From positions 39,990,001 to 40,054,000 of the forward strand of contig NC_043004.1 of the NCBI RefSeq assembly GCF_006345805.1: DNA of 64,000 bases. Direction: 5' to 3'. The DNA comes from Octopus sinensis. Its lineage: Eukaryota. The stretch's first letter is position 1; each line of letters opens with the position of its first letter. The notes under the pieces are model-generated. The model saw nothing but the letters and a program-made list of their open reading frames with translations, had not been told where the DNA came from and did not search any database. A program made the translations under genes and the position numbers. Positions 25,640 to 39,964 of the stretch are shown here, piece by piece.

Positions 25640-26387
25640 CTGAAGATATTGAAGAAGAGAGAGAGAGGGAGGGAGGGAGGGATAGAGTGTGTATGTGTGT
25701 GTGCACGCCCATGTACACGTGTGTGTAGGTGAGTGTATCTGAAGTTGAGTATGGCAAACATACTGTTCTTAGCAGTAGATAAGCAAATGAAAGCATTCTT
25801 TATATATGTGTGTGTGTATGTGTGTGTGTGTGTGTGAGTGAGTGTATAACCACAGGTATAACTTAGTGCAGGCATGGTTGTATAGTAAGAAGTTTGCTTT
25901 CCAACCACATGGTTCCAAGTTCAGTCTTACTGCATGGCACCTTGGGCAAGTGTCTTCTCCTATAGCTCAAGGACTACCAAAGCCTTGTGAGTGCATTTCG
26001 GTAGACAGTAACTGTATGGAAGCCAGCCCGTGCATGCGTATGCGCATGTGTGTGTGTGTCTATCTTTCTCCTTGCCTTGATATTGTGTGGCAGTTGTAAA
26101 CGAGTGTCACTGTCATGCAAGCGGCATCCTTCATTTCCAATTTTCTATGGGAAACATAGCTAGCCATAGAAAGATGTTACCTTGCATAGAGAAACATTAC
26201 CTTACAGGTGAGGGTTAATGACAGGAAGGGGATCCAACTGTAAAGATATCTACCCCAACAAATTCCATCCAGCCCATGCAAGCATGGAAAATTAGACATT
26301 AAAACAATGATGATGATGATGATGATGATATTGAAATTACCATCGTCATCATTTAACATCTGTTTTCCGTGCTGGCATGGGCTGGAC

Positions 26388-26716
26388 TACAATGGAATGG
26401 ATGTTTGATTCTTCTAAATTTGAATATTTATACATTGAACCACGAAGGGAATCTCTATGGTACTACTCAACTTCTAGATATAGCAGCCAAATCTCCCTCA
26501 AAATCACACAAATACTAAAGAAAAAAGGCACATTCAATAATATAATCCGAGGTGCACTATGTTGTAATAAACAGAAAAAGAAAAGATATTTCAAGGGTGG
26601 ACTGTCTTTGATTATAGATCTGCTTAATCAGAACTGACCACAGAATAAATAAGAAGAACCGATTATTATACTGCACTACTCAGAACGGTCATCATCATTG
26701 TCCCTTTACATCCACT
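26388..26716 (+). repeat. local duplicate of 23562-23893 inserted with a 15-bp TSD
   Basis: Near-identical ~330 bp, flanked by tggcatgggctggac at 26373-26387 and 26717-26731. Confidence 0.85.
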
Positions 26717-28227
26717 TGGCATGGGCTGGACAGGAGCTGACCAGCAGAACTGCACTAGGTTCCAACTGTCTGTTTTGGCTTGGCTTTATGCCTTCCTGAT
26801 ACCAGCCACTTTACAGAGTGTACTGGGCACTTTTCACGTGGAACCAGGATGGGTGCCTTACATGTGCCAATTATGCATTGGTGCACTTTTCTAAAAATAT
26901 GTCTAGTTATTATAAATTTTATTTATTCCACTCTTCCAAGTACTGAATCTTTGTTTAAGCCTTAGATACAATCCAAATGATTGAATGGCAGAGAAAGAAA
27001 GAAAACAAAATCCTGGAGAAATGACGGTCAACATTGGCCAAAAATATACAGTGAAATCCATGAGTTTCTGAAAGTGTATTTGCTGGGGAAGAAATTTCTT
27101 CTCTCTCAGATGAAACAACAGTCCCAAAACATTCGATTCCGCTTCTCTCCGTAACAAACATAAAATTATCCAAGCTCATTCTTTTACATCCATTACAATA
27201 CTCCTAAAGAATGGTGTCCGAGTGATCCAACTTATGCTGTGTTTACTACAAGGAAGATATTTACCCAACATGTCAAAAATCCTGACATACTAGTATTTGT
27301 ATTGTGCACTGATACCTGTGTGAGAGTGTCTTTATTTTTTAGTTACTTATATTTAGGATGCTTAATTATTTCTCTCTTCCGTGTATTGAGTCCATGTTTT
27401 GGATCTTAGATGCAATCCATAAACCACCCATCAGCTAGTCAATTAGCTAATGATTGAAAAGTATGGGATTTGCTCTAAAGCCACACAGTTATGCCTGCAC
27501 CTAAAAGACACGCCTGTGTCTGTATGTGGAGTTCCTCTTACCAAAGTTGTTTAATAATATCAAATCTCTATCCTTCTATTACACACTAACCTTTCACCTG
27601 GCACAAAGCCACTTCTCTTGGATCTACTCACTCTCCCAGCTGAAAGGTCTTTCTCTTGCAAGTTATTTGACAATCCTGTTGGTGTTAGTGCCACATAAAA
27701 AAGCACCTAACACCCTCTGTAAAGTGGCAGGCATTAGGAAGGGCATCCAACCACAGAAACCATGCCAATGTAGACAACAGAGCTTGTCTGCCACTCTTCA
27801 GCTTGCCAACTCATATTAAACCAACCAACCCATGCCAGCATGGAAGACGAACGTTAAATGATGATGATGATGATGATGATAATGATGTCAATGAAAGAGC
27901 ATACCCAAACAGATTGCAGAGACAAAGTAGAACATACAAAATAACATAGGTAACAGATATGTTATGCTATCGAGGCTGAGACTTTTTTTTTAAGTAGTCG
28001 TTCCTGCAATACGTTTGCTTAACATTAAATAATTTTGTGGCACGTAAAAAGCACCCACTACACTCACAGAGTGGTTGGCGTTAGGAAGGGCATCCAGCCG
28101 TAGAAACATTGCCAGATCAGACTGGAGCCTGGTGCAGCCTTCTGACTTCCCAGACCCCAGTTGAACCGTCCAACCCATGCTAGCATGGAAGGGGACGCTA
28201 AACGATGATGATGATGACTCCCAGCTT

Positions 28228-28289
<62 letters not shown>

Positions 28290-28597
28290 TACACGCACAC
28301 GCACAGAGTTTAATATTGGTCTAAAGTTTAACAATCCACATGTAGAGTATATAAATTTTTCCAACATATTATTTGAAGATTCGTAACTTAATAAAAGGCA
28401 ACACCTAATAATAAAAATGTTTCAGTGATGTTAACAGCCTTTTGTATGGTTTTGAATAGCCAGTATGTGTTTTCAGTGCTGCAACTATATATGTTTATTA
28501 TTATCTTAAAATAATGATTAAGATGTATTCAATGATATTATATAACGTAAGAGAACAAGTTTGGTGCTTTGAGATAACAAACAAACTGTCTACTTAC

Positions 28598-28610
28598 TGT
28601 ACACTGCTGG
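28598..28610 (-). CDS. candidate 13-nt microexon (3n+1)
   Basis: tgtgtttttttttacag|CCAGCAGTGTACA|gtaagt; consensus splice sites; NAG alternatives exist inside the exon. Confidence 0.5.
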
Positions 28611-29924
28611 CTGTAAAAAAAAACACAGAGGTTTTTGTTTAGTCCCAGCACAGCTCCAGTTGTGCATTTGTCCATGACTATCTTTTTGTATGTCAAAGAT
28701 CAAAGTTCTTCCTCTTAATAAAGTAAAAGGAATTTGGCTGCTATTTGTAGCAAATCAAGTGGAGGCTCCTTCATTGGCTCGTCCAAAACAGAGTTGCAGA
28801 TAATTGTTACAATAACAACAAAACTAGTGTCTCGGTTATGATGTGGCATAGACTCACTGACTTTCCACAGGATGAAGAACTGGTACAAAGCTTGAAATGG
28901 AATACTCATATTGGTTTAAGTCTTTAGACTGCGGCCATGCTGGGGCAGTGACTTCAAAGAGGTTTTGTTGCTTATAACAGTATACAGTACCTAGGCTGAT
29001 ACTTATTTTACCAATTTTTATTTATTGAATGGCTGAGTCTACCTGAGTATAAAGGGGTGAAATTCAGAAGAATTGGAGCACCAATTTATCAGCAATCTCT
29101 CACCAACACACATAAGCTCAAATACACACACCTGTACATTAGGCTTCTGCAGTTTTCACCAACCAAATTTTATTTACAAGGTATTGGTCAACCTGAGGGT
29201 ATGATAGAAAACACTTGCCCCATGGTGGCACATAGTGGAAGCGAACCTAGAACCCTATGGCTGTAAAGCAAACTTCTTGACCACACAGCCATGCCAGCAT
29301 ATGATAGGTATGTACATTCCACCTGGAGTTAATTATTTTATCCACTTCATTTCCTGTGTATTTTACATCAATACATGTTCGCTTTTATGCAATCTCTCAA
29401 AAGTTTAGAATTTGCTGTCAGATGTAAATCCTACTTATTTGGTCTATATTTCATTGTGTTTTCCAAATGACAGGGTGGTTAAGAGATCCACAGAAGAACA
29501 ATCAAGATCAAATCAAATGATACGAGAAGCTCGGATAAGACGACATTCCTAAACATGTTAGAAATCTAAATTACAAAGCAAAAATAATGACATTTTAGAT
29601 ACATACATACATATGAATGAACACACACACACACACACACACACACACCATATACATATGGCACAAACAAAAGACATCAGAGATGGTAATGCCACAATCT
29701 TTCTGATTATGCCAGCATAATGCTTTTAATTTCATTGATTATGGATTTATACTCATTAAGTTGGCCTTGAGCTCATTTGAAAGATATTGTGAATGTATGT
29801 GCATGCACTGCACATATGTATGAGTGTAAGCCTATGCACATAGGCATACTTAAACATATACACTTTCAATATCTTTTACTGAAAGCCCAAATAGAAATCT
29901 TCTGTAGTACAGTTATCAATATCA

Positions 29925-30278
29925 TCTCTATGTATATAAACAGCAAAATGTCTGTGCGTGTCCTTTATACAAATCCACAATATTTCAGTTAGAGGGCTCG
30001 CACTTTCTATGGTCATTCAAAACCGTCCAAGGGTGGTCGTGCACATCTTTACATTTCCCCAGTCACCCCGCAAAGCCATTAAAAAATCAACAGAAGTGAC
30101 TTTTTTGTGAATTTTCTATCCAAAACTCAACCAAAATGCCCAAAACTTGATATGCCAAATGAAAGCCAGCTAGCTGTATGTGATTGGTTGGAGATTTGGA
30201 TAGTATTCGCGTGTATGCACGCAGCTGTATATGCATGCACTAACAGTATGACCCGGCATTGCTGGGTCATAGTGCTAG
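29925..30278 (+). mobile_element. non-autonomous Helitron (second family)
   Basis: A|TC start; 3' hairpin atgacccggcattgctgggtcat then agtgCTAG|T. Confidence 0.85.
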
Positions 30279-31141
30279 TCATACTTATGGTGTAACAGTA
30301 TTCACTAAATTAAGGCAATAAAAATTCTCTACCTATCTACCAAGAATAAAATCTCATAAGTCTCTCAGTGTAATTACCTTTCAACTAAATTACATAGAGT
30401 ATGGTGTTCCTGAATGCACATGGAAGTACATAAAAAAAAAATTATATTTTTTACATTTTTGTAAATTAGTAAAAATAATGAAATAAAAATCAAACAAAAA
30501 TAAATTAAACAAACACATAAAAACGAAAAAAAAAAGAAAAACAAATCATCATTGATACATCATTACAGCAATTAAACAGTGTTAGGTTAATGAAATATTG
30601 AATTTTATACAGATGAAATATCTATCAAAGAATTATAGAAAGCAATTACAAACAAAATTTAATAACAACAATGATTTTTAATATAAATTTTCATAAAAAG
30701 AGATAGACGAGTCGAAAAGAAATCGACCCCAGTACTTGACTGGTACTTTATTTTATCAATCCTAGAAGGATGAAAGGCAAAGTTGACCTTGGTAGTATTT
30801 GAACTCAGAATGTTAAGAGCTGTAACTAAATACCACCAAAGCATTTTGCTCAACACTAACTATTCTGTCAATCCAATTAATAATGATTTTATATGTTAAT
30901 AAAAATTGATTTAAATTATTATATATGTTAATAAGAATTGATTTAAATAACAAAAAAAAAATAATATAAACACAAATGATTTAAGTGTATGTGTGTGTAT
31001 ATAAACATACATATATACACATACATACACATAAGTATAAACGAAATAAAAACAAAATAAAGAACCAATAAATAATTATAAACAATAATACATATACATA
31101 TATGTATGTATATACATTACTGATTGATGCTGTTATCTTAC

Positions 31142-31206
31142 CTAATCACCAGAGATATTTATATATATAATGGCTGTGTACGTTATATATTCCCTTTTTT
31201 TTTTAC
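31142..31206 (-). other. candidate stop-containing or terminal exon, or recursive splice site
   Basis: ctaat-tttaattttctttatttccag|GTAAA...; donor TAG|gtaaga after 31142; followed by a U-rich, UTR-like stretch to about 30400. Confidence 0.35.
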
Positions 31207-31799
31207 CTGGAAATAAAGAAAATTAAAATTAGAATAATTTTATAAAGAAATTATGAAATAAGCAATTCATATTTTCACACATACAGAAAATGTAAAAAAA
31301 AAACGAAAAATTATTTTCATCACAAGATGGCAATTTTATGGCAGCAGATAACATCATTAAGCTCCAATATTTGTCTGTCGTGGAACATTTCAGAATTTCT
31401 CAATGAATCTTTTACCAGAATTTGAATAAATATCAACGAAACCCATCCAAGAACAATACATCAAGAAATGGAGTCTGACAAACTGTCGTCTTAACAGCAA
31501 CAACAGATGAAGCACATAAAACATACACAGAGTCTTTTGGTCGTTATGTCTTCAACAAATGGTTCATTAAAAATAAAATTGTCTTAAACACTATCTTTTA
31601 CTTTTTCAGTCATTAGACTGTGGCCAAGCTGGGGCATTGCCTTGAAGAATTTCTAGGCAAATGAATCAACCCCAGTACTTATTTTTTTAAAGCCTGGTAC
31701 TTATTCTATCAGTCTCTTTTGTTGAACTGCTAAGTTATGGTGATGTAACAAACACAAAGACAAACAGACACAGACACATACATATACATATATATATAC

Positions 31800-32130
31800 G
31801 TAAAAGAACCATCCGAACGTGGCCGTTGCCAGTGCCGCCCGACTGGCCTCCATGCCAGTGGCACGTAAAAAGCACCATCCGATTGTGGCCGTTGCCAGCC
31901 TCGTCTGGCCTCCGTGCCGGTGGCACGTAAAAAGCACCATCCGATCGTGGCCGTTTGCCAGCACCCACTACACTCAAGGAGTGGTTGGCGTTAGGAAGGG
32001 CATCCAGCCGTAGAAACTTTGCCACATCAGACTGGGCTGGTGCAGCCTTCTGGCTTCCCAGACCCCAGTTGAACCGTCCAACCCATGCTAGCATGGAAAT
32101 GCGGACGCTAAATGATGATGATGATGATGA
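31800..32130 (+). mobile_element. SINE-like family B
   Basis: Tandem motifs, core and (GAT)n tail. Confidence 0.85.
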
Positions 32131-33404
32131 CCGTCTCTTTGATTTATGACTGAGTTCTGTTCTGACTGAGAGGTCGTAAGTCAATCTGGTCATATGTCAG
32201 ATTTGTAATTTTCAACACTATTTCCATTCAAATGCAACTGATGCTTGAAAGTGACTGAGTGAGAGACAGTGGTGGGCAGTGGATGCTTGACTCCGAGGGA
32301 AGCCTGCATTGCCAGATGCTGCCATAGCTACAATACACGCAACTGCCCAATGTCCAAAAATCGTATTTTTAATTAATTTGTTATTTCCTTATTATAAGTG
32401 CAGATAGTCGTAAGTTGTATAGGTCGTAAGCAAAGGTGAAGGTGTATACGATGGGCTTCTTTTAGTTTCTGTGTACCAAATCCACTCACAAGGCTTTGGT
32501 TGGCCTGAGGCTATAACGGATGACACTTGCCCAAAGTACCATGCAGAGGGGCTGAACCCATAGCCATGTGGTTGGGAAGCAAGCTTCTTAGCACACAGTC
32601 GTACCAGCACCACACTAAAGTAAAAACAAAATTAGCTATAAATTGGTTTAAGGTTAACATTGAAAAAAAAAAAGAAATTCTCTGATGCCTTTGAGTGGGG
32701 TTCACCCTGTAATAAGCATTCACGTTAGGTCGCTGATTAAAAAACGATGTCCTCACATCCTTTGACCAGCTTTGAAGGATCTAGAAACACAGTGAATTGT
32801 GAATATTGCTACCCACTCTCTCTAAACTGTGAAAAAAAAAAAAAAAAAAAAAATTCTGGGTTCTGTGAACCAAAACAAGTCAGTGCTAGTTGGTTCTAAC
32901 AGCTGTTGATATAAAAAAAAATGTGTTCTGAGTCTTGAACTGGATCTTATGGGCTGGCGTTTAGCTCTAGTTTTATCTCTCTAAGTCAACAAAAGATGTT
33001 TCCCCAGCTCACCCTACCCCCTACATACACATGCACTTCATAGGCTATCATTTTGTCTTAGGTAACCTTCATAGATCATTTGATACTTAATATGAGAAAA
33101 ATGGTCCTCGATGGTCAATGAGGGAATCACTTCAGTACGGTCACTTAAACTGCAAGAAATATCAGCAGAATACCATACTGTCTTTAAAAAAAGTTGGAAC
33201 AGTTTCAATAATGGAGTCCTGGACAAATTGTCAATAAGTAAAAGTTGACATTTTCACAGCTGGAGCACTTTTCATCCTGTAAGTTTGGCAGATTGGAGCT
33301 GATTTGGAACTAAATAAGCAACCAATACCACCAGAGCTTACTGTAGAATTCCTACAAGTTACATTCTTATGCTGTACATACTAACAACATTTTGTATTAA
33401 ATAC

Positions 33405-33426
33405 TTGTACACACTCGATTACTTAG
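33405..33426 (-). CDS. candidate 4-nt (or 22-nt) microexon (3n+1)
   Basis: cctttcttttctttgtttcag|CTAA|gtaatc; a weaker second donor ACAA|gtattt gives 22 nt. Confidence 0.35.
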
Positions 33427-33504
33427 CTGAAACAAAGAAAAGAAAGGTTTCCTTAAGTCTATTGTTGGGATGTACTAATACAAACACTTGTCAGAGAACT
33501 TTGA

Positions 33505-33837
33505 GAAGGCGCATGGCTCAAGGTAACGGTTTTGGGCTCACAATTGTGAGTTAGTGAGTTTCATTCCCTGACCGGGCTGGGTGTTGTGTTCTTGAGCAAG
33601 GTGCTTTATTTTATGTTGCTCCAGTTCTCTCAGCTGTAGAAATGAGTTGCAACGTCATTGGTGCCAAGCTGTATCGGCCCTTGCCTTTCCCTTGGATAAC
33701 ATCGGTGGCATGGAGAGGGGAGGCTGGTATGAATGGGTGTCTGCTGGTCTACTATAAAAAATCTTTGTCCAGACTTGTGCCCTGGAGAGTAACTTTCTAG
33801 GTGCGATCCCATGGTCATTCATGACCGAAAGGGGTCT
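33505..33837 (+). mobile_element. tRNA-derived SINE (head related to family D)
   Basis: Head and gttgtgttcttgagcaa...gttgctccagt segment shared with 40272-40512; different 3' part. Confidence 0.6.
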
Positions 33838-33865
33838 ACTCTATATAGTCAACAATGTTGAGGGC

Positions 33866-34222
33866 AAGTGAAATCGAAATTGAAATCGGAATCGAAATCA
33901 AACCAATCCTATGACTGGCACCCGGCAGATGCCAGGACCCCTGGAATGGTGGTACGTAAAAAGTACTATCCAAATCGTGGCTTCCGTAAAATGCACCAAT
34001 CCGACCGTGGCCGTTGCCAGCCTCGCCTGGCACCTGTGCGGGTGGCACATAAAAAGCACGCACTACACTCACGGAGTAGTTGGCGTTAGGAAGGGCATCC
34101 AGCTGTAGAAACATTGCCAGACAAGACTGGAGCCTGGTGCAGCCTTCTGGCTTCCCAGATCCCCGGTCGAACCGTCCAACCCATGCTAGCATGGAGAACG
34201 GACATTAAATGATGATGATGAT
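33866..34222 (+). mobile_element. SINE-like family B
   Basis: Core and (GAT)n tail. Confidence 0.8.
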
Positions 34223-36871
34223 GTTCTCAGAAATCTCTCATAGGGGACTGGAATGATTAAACATGCAGCAAGAGAACTATGCACACCAGGATCTCAATGT
34301 TATCTAAGTCCTATCAGATGAATCACTAACAGCTGAAATTTTAAAGAGTTGAACAGTTTTGACATTTTATGAAGATGAAAATGAAAGAAGAATGGGCGCA
34401 CACTATCAATAATTATTGTAAATAGGTCACAGCTAAAAAGATCACAGAACTACAATAAAACAACTTAAATATAACAACAGAATTACAAGCACTTCTCATG
34501 GATCAGGAGAGGGGATTGAATATTTTTAACTCTTAGTTCAAAGGAACCAATTAAGTTTATGGTTGCACAGCTCCGTCAGTTCACAATTGTTTGCTGCTTG
34601 AATAATTATACTTTTTTAATTTGCTTCTGCTTGTTATATCTTAATTGCGATGAAGAATGTGGAGAGATCATTAGCATTGTTTTTTTAAATTTAGCATCCA
34701 CTTTTTTATGCTTGCACAGGTCAGACAGGATTTGTTCAGACAGATTTTTCCCCTTGGCCAGACATGTTTTCATGAAAGACTGGAAACATGACAAGGCTGG
34801 TATGACGATGACTCACAACAATCAGGTGATGATACACACACACACACACATAGGATGGGCTTTTCATCTTTGATTTCTATTTACTAAATCAATTAATATG
34901 GCTTTGATCAACCCACCAAATTCACTCACAAGATACTGGTCAGCCTGGGGCCATAAAAGAAGACACTTACCCAAAGTGACATGCAGTGAGACTGAACATA
35001 AAGTCATGTGGTTGGGAAGCAAACTTATTAAAAGAAGTAAAAAATAAGTTATAGGCACTGGTGTGGCTGTGTGGTAAGAAGCTTGCTTCCCAACAACATG
35101 CTTCCAGGTTCAGTCTACTGCATGACACCTTGGGCAAGTGTCTCTACTATAGCCTTGGACTGAGCAAAACCTTGAGTGGATTTGGGCAGTGGAAACTGAG
35201 AGAAGCCCATTATACATATAGCTGAGTGCGTGTGTCTATATTTGTCCCCTACCACAGCTTGACAACCGGTGATGTGTTTACATACACATAACTTAGTGGT
35301 TTGGCAAAAGAGACTGATAGAATAAGCACCAGACTTTAGTGTGGAGTCAATTCATTCAACAAATATACACTCATTCTGACCACTATTTGCTTTGAGGTTA
35401 TTTATTTGAACCTATCAGTCATTACTCTCAGGTGACCACATCCTTACAGTTACACATTCATCACATATTCAATTGCTGTGCACAGAATGTGATATTTTCA
35501 GCATTATCTAGATAAAACACATTGAAGAAACTTCAGCTTCGAATGAAATATACACACTGCTGTACGAAAATCGTGTATTTCCACCACCACCACCACCACC
35601 AACTGCCTATTCACCATACCCCCTCCCCCCAGTCCCTCCATTTTTTTGTAAATTTAATGTAGACAGACCTAAGTGAACAGGTCACAAGAGAGTACAAACT
35701 GATACGTCTATTAACAGCCAAATAAATGATTAATGACCGCTATACCGGAGTACAAATGGACATGTGAAGTAAATCATTTCAATATTTGAAATTTAGCCAG
35801 GATACACAGCATATTCATTCAAGATAAGGAATATACTTCCCAAAAGCAATCACAGTTGGTCTTTGAAATATGTCATACTCTACTATTACCACCACCACCA
35901 CCACCTTGCTTTCCATCCATTGTACTCCCATGCTTAAATCTGGATACCATCAAATGTTGAATTTTCTGTTTGTTCTCCTCTATATTGAACTAGAAATTCC
36001 AATATCAATGTGGAAATACTTCTATATCAAGCATGGGTAATGTTTTTTTCTTTATTTTTTATTCTGGCAACAGGCTTTATACAGCATTGCATATCATAAA
36101 TCAGGTCATAGCACTATAGTACATGTGTTTAACAAACATCATATGTACTATAGAGTGCACGATACATATTACAAGATGATGCAAATATTTAAAAGAAATA
36201 GATTTTTAAAAAAATTACTGAGGAAAATTGTAAGTGAATAAGAGTAAAAGAAAAGAAACTGTTTAGATTACCAGAGCTGGATTAAAAGATTAACAAATTT
36301 TAGCAAAGATTTACACATGCCACACAAAAATGCATAAAGAGCCACAGATTGCCCATGTCAGCTTTAACTCAATAATTGATGCTGTTTAACCAGAATTTCT
36401 ATGAACATTCTTTTTTTTACTTATTCTTTCTCACCTCTTTTCGGTTTTAACTTTGCTCCAAGAATAAAAAAAAAGAAGAAAAACCACTTATCTACCATTT
36501 TTAGTTATGGAATTAGTCATAAGTCTACTGAGATATTGGAGCAGTCTCCACTCTGTATATAGTACTTTGAAAATTATTTCATCTTGACTGAATTCAGTAC
36601 ATGTTTTACAGCTCAGGGGGGAAAAATTTCATCTGATATAATCGTTGAAAGGGAATAACTGTTGATGCAGATATTGTTATTTTGCCCCAAGTCAGTTCTA
36701 ATAAAATCAGGATTATTCCAGCAAGAAGGGTAGGGGAGAATAAATATGCTGTGCATCTAGTGAGGACCTCTATAATTTTAAGGGTGGCAGCATTTAATCA
36801 AGAGACTTGCCTGCAATTTCTACTGGCTCAATCAACTATATAGTGATTGACTCATTATGTAAATGTATAAA

Positions 36872-38121
36872 TATTGGATCATGATGCAGTTTTATTCAAA
36901 TGCATGAACTAAAAGTTGGAGGGGGGAGGGGGATAAACTACCTGCATCAATTTGCTATAAAAGCAGGTAGAAATTTTACCTTTTCCTTATTCTTAGAGCA
37001 AGTTTTGAAGAATGCAGTTCACTTTGAATAGTTATTTTTTCAAAGCTATAATGGAAGTGACAAAGGAGCATATACAGCATATTTTGCTTTATGAGTTCAA
37101 TAAAGGCAATAATGCAACAGAAAGTGCAAGGAATATTAATGCAGAACATGAGAATTGGATGATAAACATAAGCCAGTGTCAACAGTGGTTCCAGAAATTC
37201 TGAGCCAGAATCTACAGCCTAGAAGATGAACCTCGTCCTGGAAGGACGTAAAGCTCAACGAGGATGTCCTGAAATCCCATCATAACTGTTGAGGAACATG
37301 CAGAGAAGCTTGGATTTGGTCATTTAAACATTTATTGACCCTAGTGTGCCGTCAAAAAACTCAGCATATTGGGTCAATGGGTTCCTCACAAACTTTCCAA
37401 GTTTAATCACATGCAGAGAAATAATGTCTGCTGTCACAACTCATGAATGAACCTTTTTTGGACTAAATAGTGACTGGTGATGAGACATGGGTTCTCTATA
37501 GAAATGTCGAGCGCCAAAGACAGTAGGTAGGGAAAGGAGAAATACCAGCACTCCAGGCTAAAGAAGGTCTTCATCCATGTAAGGTGTTGTTATCTGTTTG
37601 GTGGGATATGAAAAGTTTAGTCCACTTTGAACTTTTAAACCCAAACCAAACCAAATGATAACAAAGGAGATCTACTGTGAGCAGCATGAGTGGCTTAAGT
37701 CAGCACTAGAAGAAACACAAGACAAAAGCTGTTCTTCCATCAGGATAATGCTTGGCCACATACAGCAAGGATGACATTCCAAAGGTGGTTGGAGCATTCT
37801 GAATGAGAAACGATGCCCCACCCACCATATTTGCTGGACATTGTCCATCTGATTATCATTTATTCTGCAGTCTTCAAAATCATTTGGATGGAAAAAATAT
37901 GAATTCTGTAGACGAGGTCAGAACAGTACTGAAGGAGTATTTTTCGTCACAGACAAGTGAATTTTGGAAGAGGGGCATTGCAAGTCTACCAGATAGATGG
38001 AAGAGCACTGCAGAAAATGAAGGAGAGTATATTTTAGATTAAAAAAGAACTTTGTTTATCTTAATTTTGAAAAATAAAAGAAGTATAAAAAAAACTGCAT
38101 TATTTATAGGATGACCCAATA
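36872..38121 (+). mobile_element. mariner DNA transposon, near full length, decayed
   Basis: TA-flanked TIRs (left degenerate ttggatcat...gcagtttt; right aaaactgcattatttataggatgacccaa-TA); about 1.25 kb. Confidence 0.9.
37051..38042 (+). pseudogene. mariner transposase pseudogene
   Basis: MEVTKEHIQHILLYEF...; WVPHKL, IVTGDETWV, HQDNAWPH and PSDYHLF motifs (mariner DDD triad); multiple stops and frameshifts. Confidence 0.92.
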
Positions 38122-39964
38122 TATTATCTGTCAAATGATTCCTGATATAGGCACAAGGCCAGCGATTTTAGTGGATGGGGTAAGTTGGTTATATCAACCC
38201 CAGTATTTCATTGATACTCTATTTTATCAATTCCAAAATGATGAAAGGTAAAGTTGGTAATGGTAAAAAGGTAAAGTTTCCTTCTTGAGACATGCTGACC
38301 TACAAGGGCTGGTTTCCTCGTTTCCATGGTGTATATATTCTGCACATGGATGGGACACCAGTCCATCCCAGGATTACTCATTTTTGCTGGTTGAGTGGGC
38401 TGGAACAACGTGAAATGAAGTGTTTTGCTCAAGAACATAGCACGTCGCCCAGTCCAGGGATGGAACCCACAATCGAACAGTCAGGAGTCCAACACCTTAA
38501 CCACTAAGCCACGCACCACCTCCACAAGGCAAAGTCGACCTTGGCGGGAGCTGAACTCAGAGCATAATGAGCCAGGAGTTGCATGCTATCAAAATCAAGG
38601 AAATTTTCATAACATTAGAAAAGAAAGAACGATAGTAAAACGAAATGATGGATGAATTGAGATACTGGCTGCAACCTTTGTACATCCGATATGAAAGGCA
38701 GTGGCAGGTGTGTATGAGGGTGGGGTTTACATTAGTGGTAACATCTTGAATCCTGAAAGCTAGAGCTTTTTAGTATTTTTTTTTTCTGGCAGTCAAACAG
38801 ATTATTAGGAGCAAACAGCTGTAACCAAATCTAAACCTTATAATGGAGTAGTTAACAGATAAAAGCATGTATAAAGTAAGTGTTAATGCATTTAATGAAA
38901 GAAAAATTATAAAGATAATTGGGAATAATGATATAGTGAAGAAAGATGCAAGATTAGTCAATGACTGATGTTATTTTAATTATTTCAGCAAGTTTTGGGG
39001 TCGACTCTGAACAGGTTTCAATTTCTTTTACTAATGGTATCAGTGAAGTAAGGATTTCACTGTGACGATGAGAGAATCACCAGGTGAATTATATAAGAAT
39101 GTTCACCGGTTATCTTGGCATAACAGAACTGCTCGCAGAAGAAATTTTTTAAAAGATGCTATTCATATGAAAAATAACAGAATCAAGTTATTCAATATAG
39201 GAAGAATTAAAAAGCTAACCAGAAATAATTATGCTTTGCAAGGGAAAGAAATTCAATATTAATCTTATAATTTAATTTGACAAGTATGGGAGACAACTTT
39301 AGGCATGTTTCAGTATTATTCTGACTTCATCAGAGAAATACACACCATTGTACTTACCTAAAAAAATCACTATATACAAGATTATATACCAATTAGTGTA
39401 GAAATATAAAATTGTTTAAATGATAAATAAGACATAATTTATAGACATAGAAGTTCTAAGAACTGCCTCTCTAGATCTAAAAGTTATCAATTAAATGTTC
39501 AATAATTCAAACAGCTAGCCAAGATTAGTTTTCTACCATGGAGGGTTTTATTTAATGCTTGAGTCAAAAGAGGAATAACAGTAACAAGGGATATCTTTAA
39601 TCAGGGCTTCTAGACTTGTAGAAGAAAAGGAGAAAGGTATCCTTAAACTTGCCAAAGGCACTCAAAAGATTGGTGATTGTTAAATTAGGTGGCAGATTAA
39701 ATCCCTCACCCAATAAGAAAAAGAATGGTCCTGTCACACTTACAAAGGGTTTGACCAAACCAGTACTAGAGTTGAAGACACTTGCCTTACAGTACTGTAT
39801 GCACCCTAGGAGCAAATCTCAATCATGCAGTTTGCAAAGTGAACTTAGGCACAATTTTATTATTTCCATATCAAGAATATTGTTGCATCTGTTTCATTAT
39901 GCAATAAATAAATAAACGGTATACCATATTCTTGTCTCAATGATCAAGTATTGTTACAAGCTGT

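Noticed and set aside
23566-26637. Apparent duplicated small gene MEW..DSSKFEYL...
   Set aside because: The ORFs lie in a duplicated non-coding segment made largely of an old repeat.
26955-27270. 74-aa minus-strand ORF MSLDNFMFVTERS...
   Set aside because: No convincing splice sites or recognisable motif; left uncalled.
4985-33426. Concatenating seven microexons gives an open peptide LTSSVQFGIEFKMKDLLTSQTHLTDFSP*
   Set aside because: Short enough to be open by chance and dependent on my choice of donors; not used as evidence.
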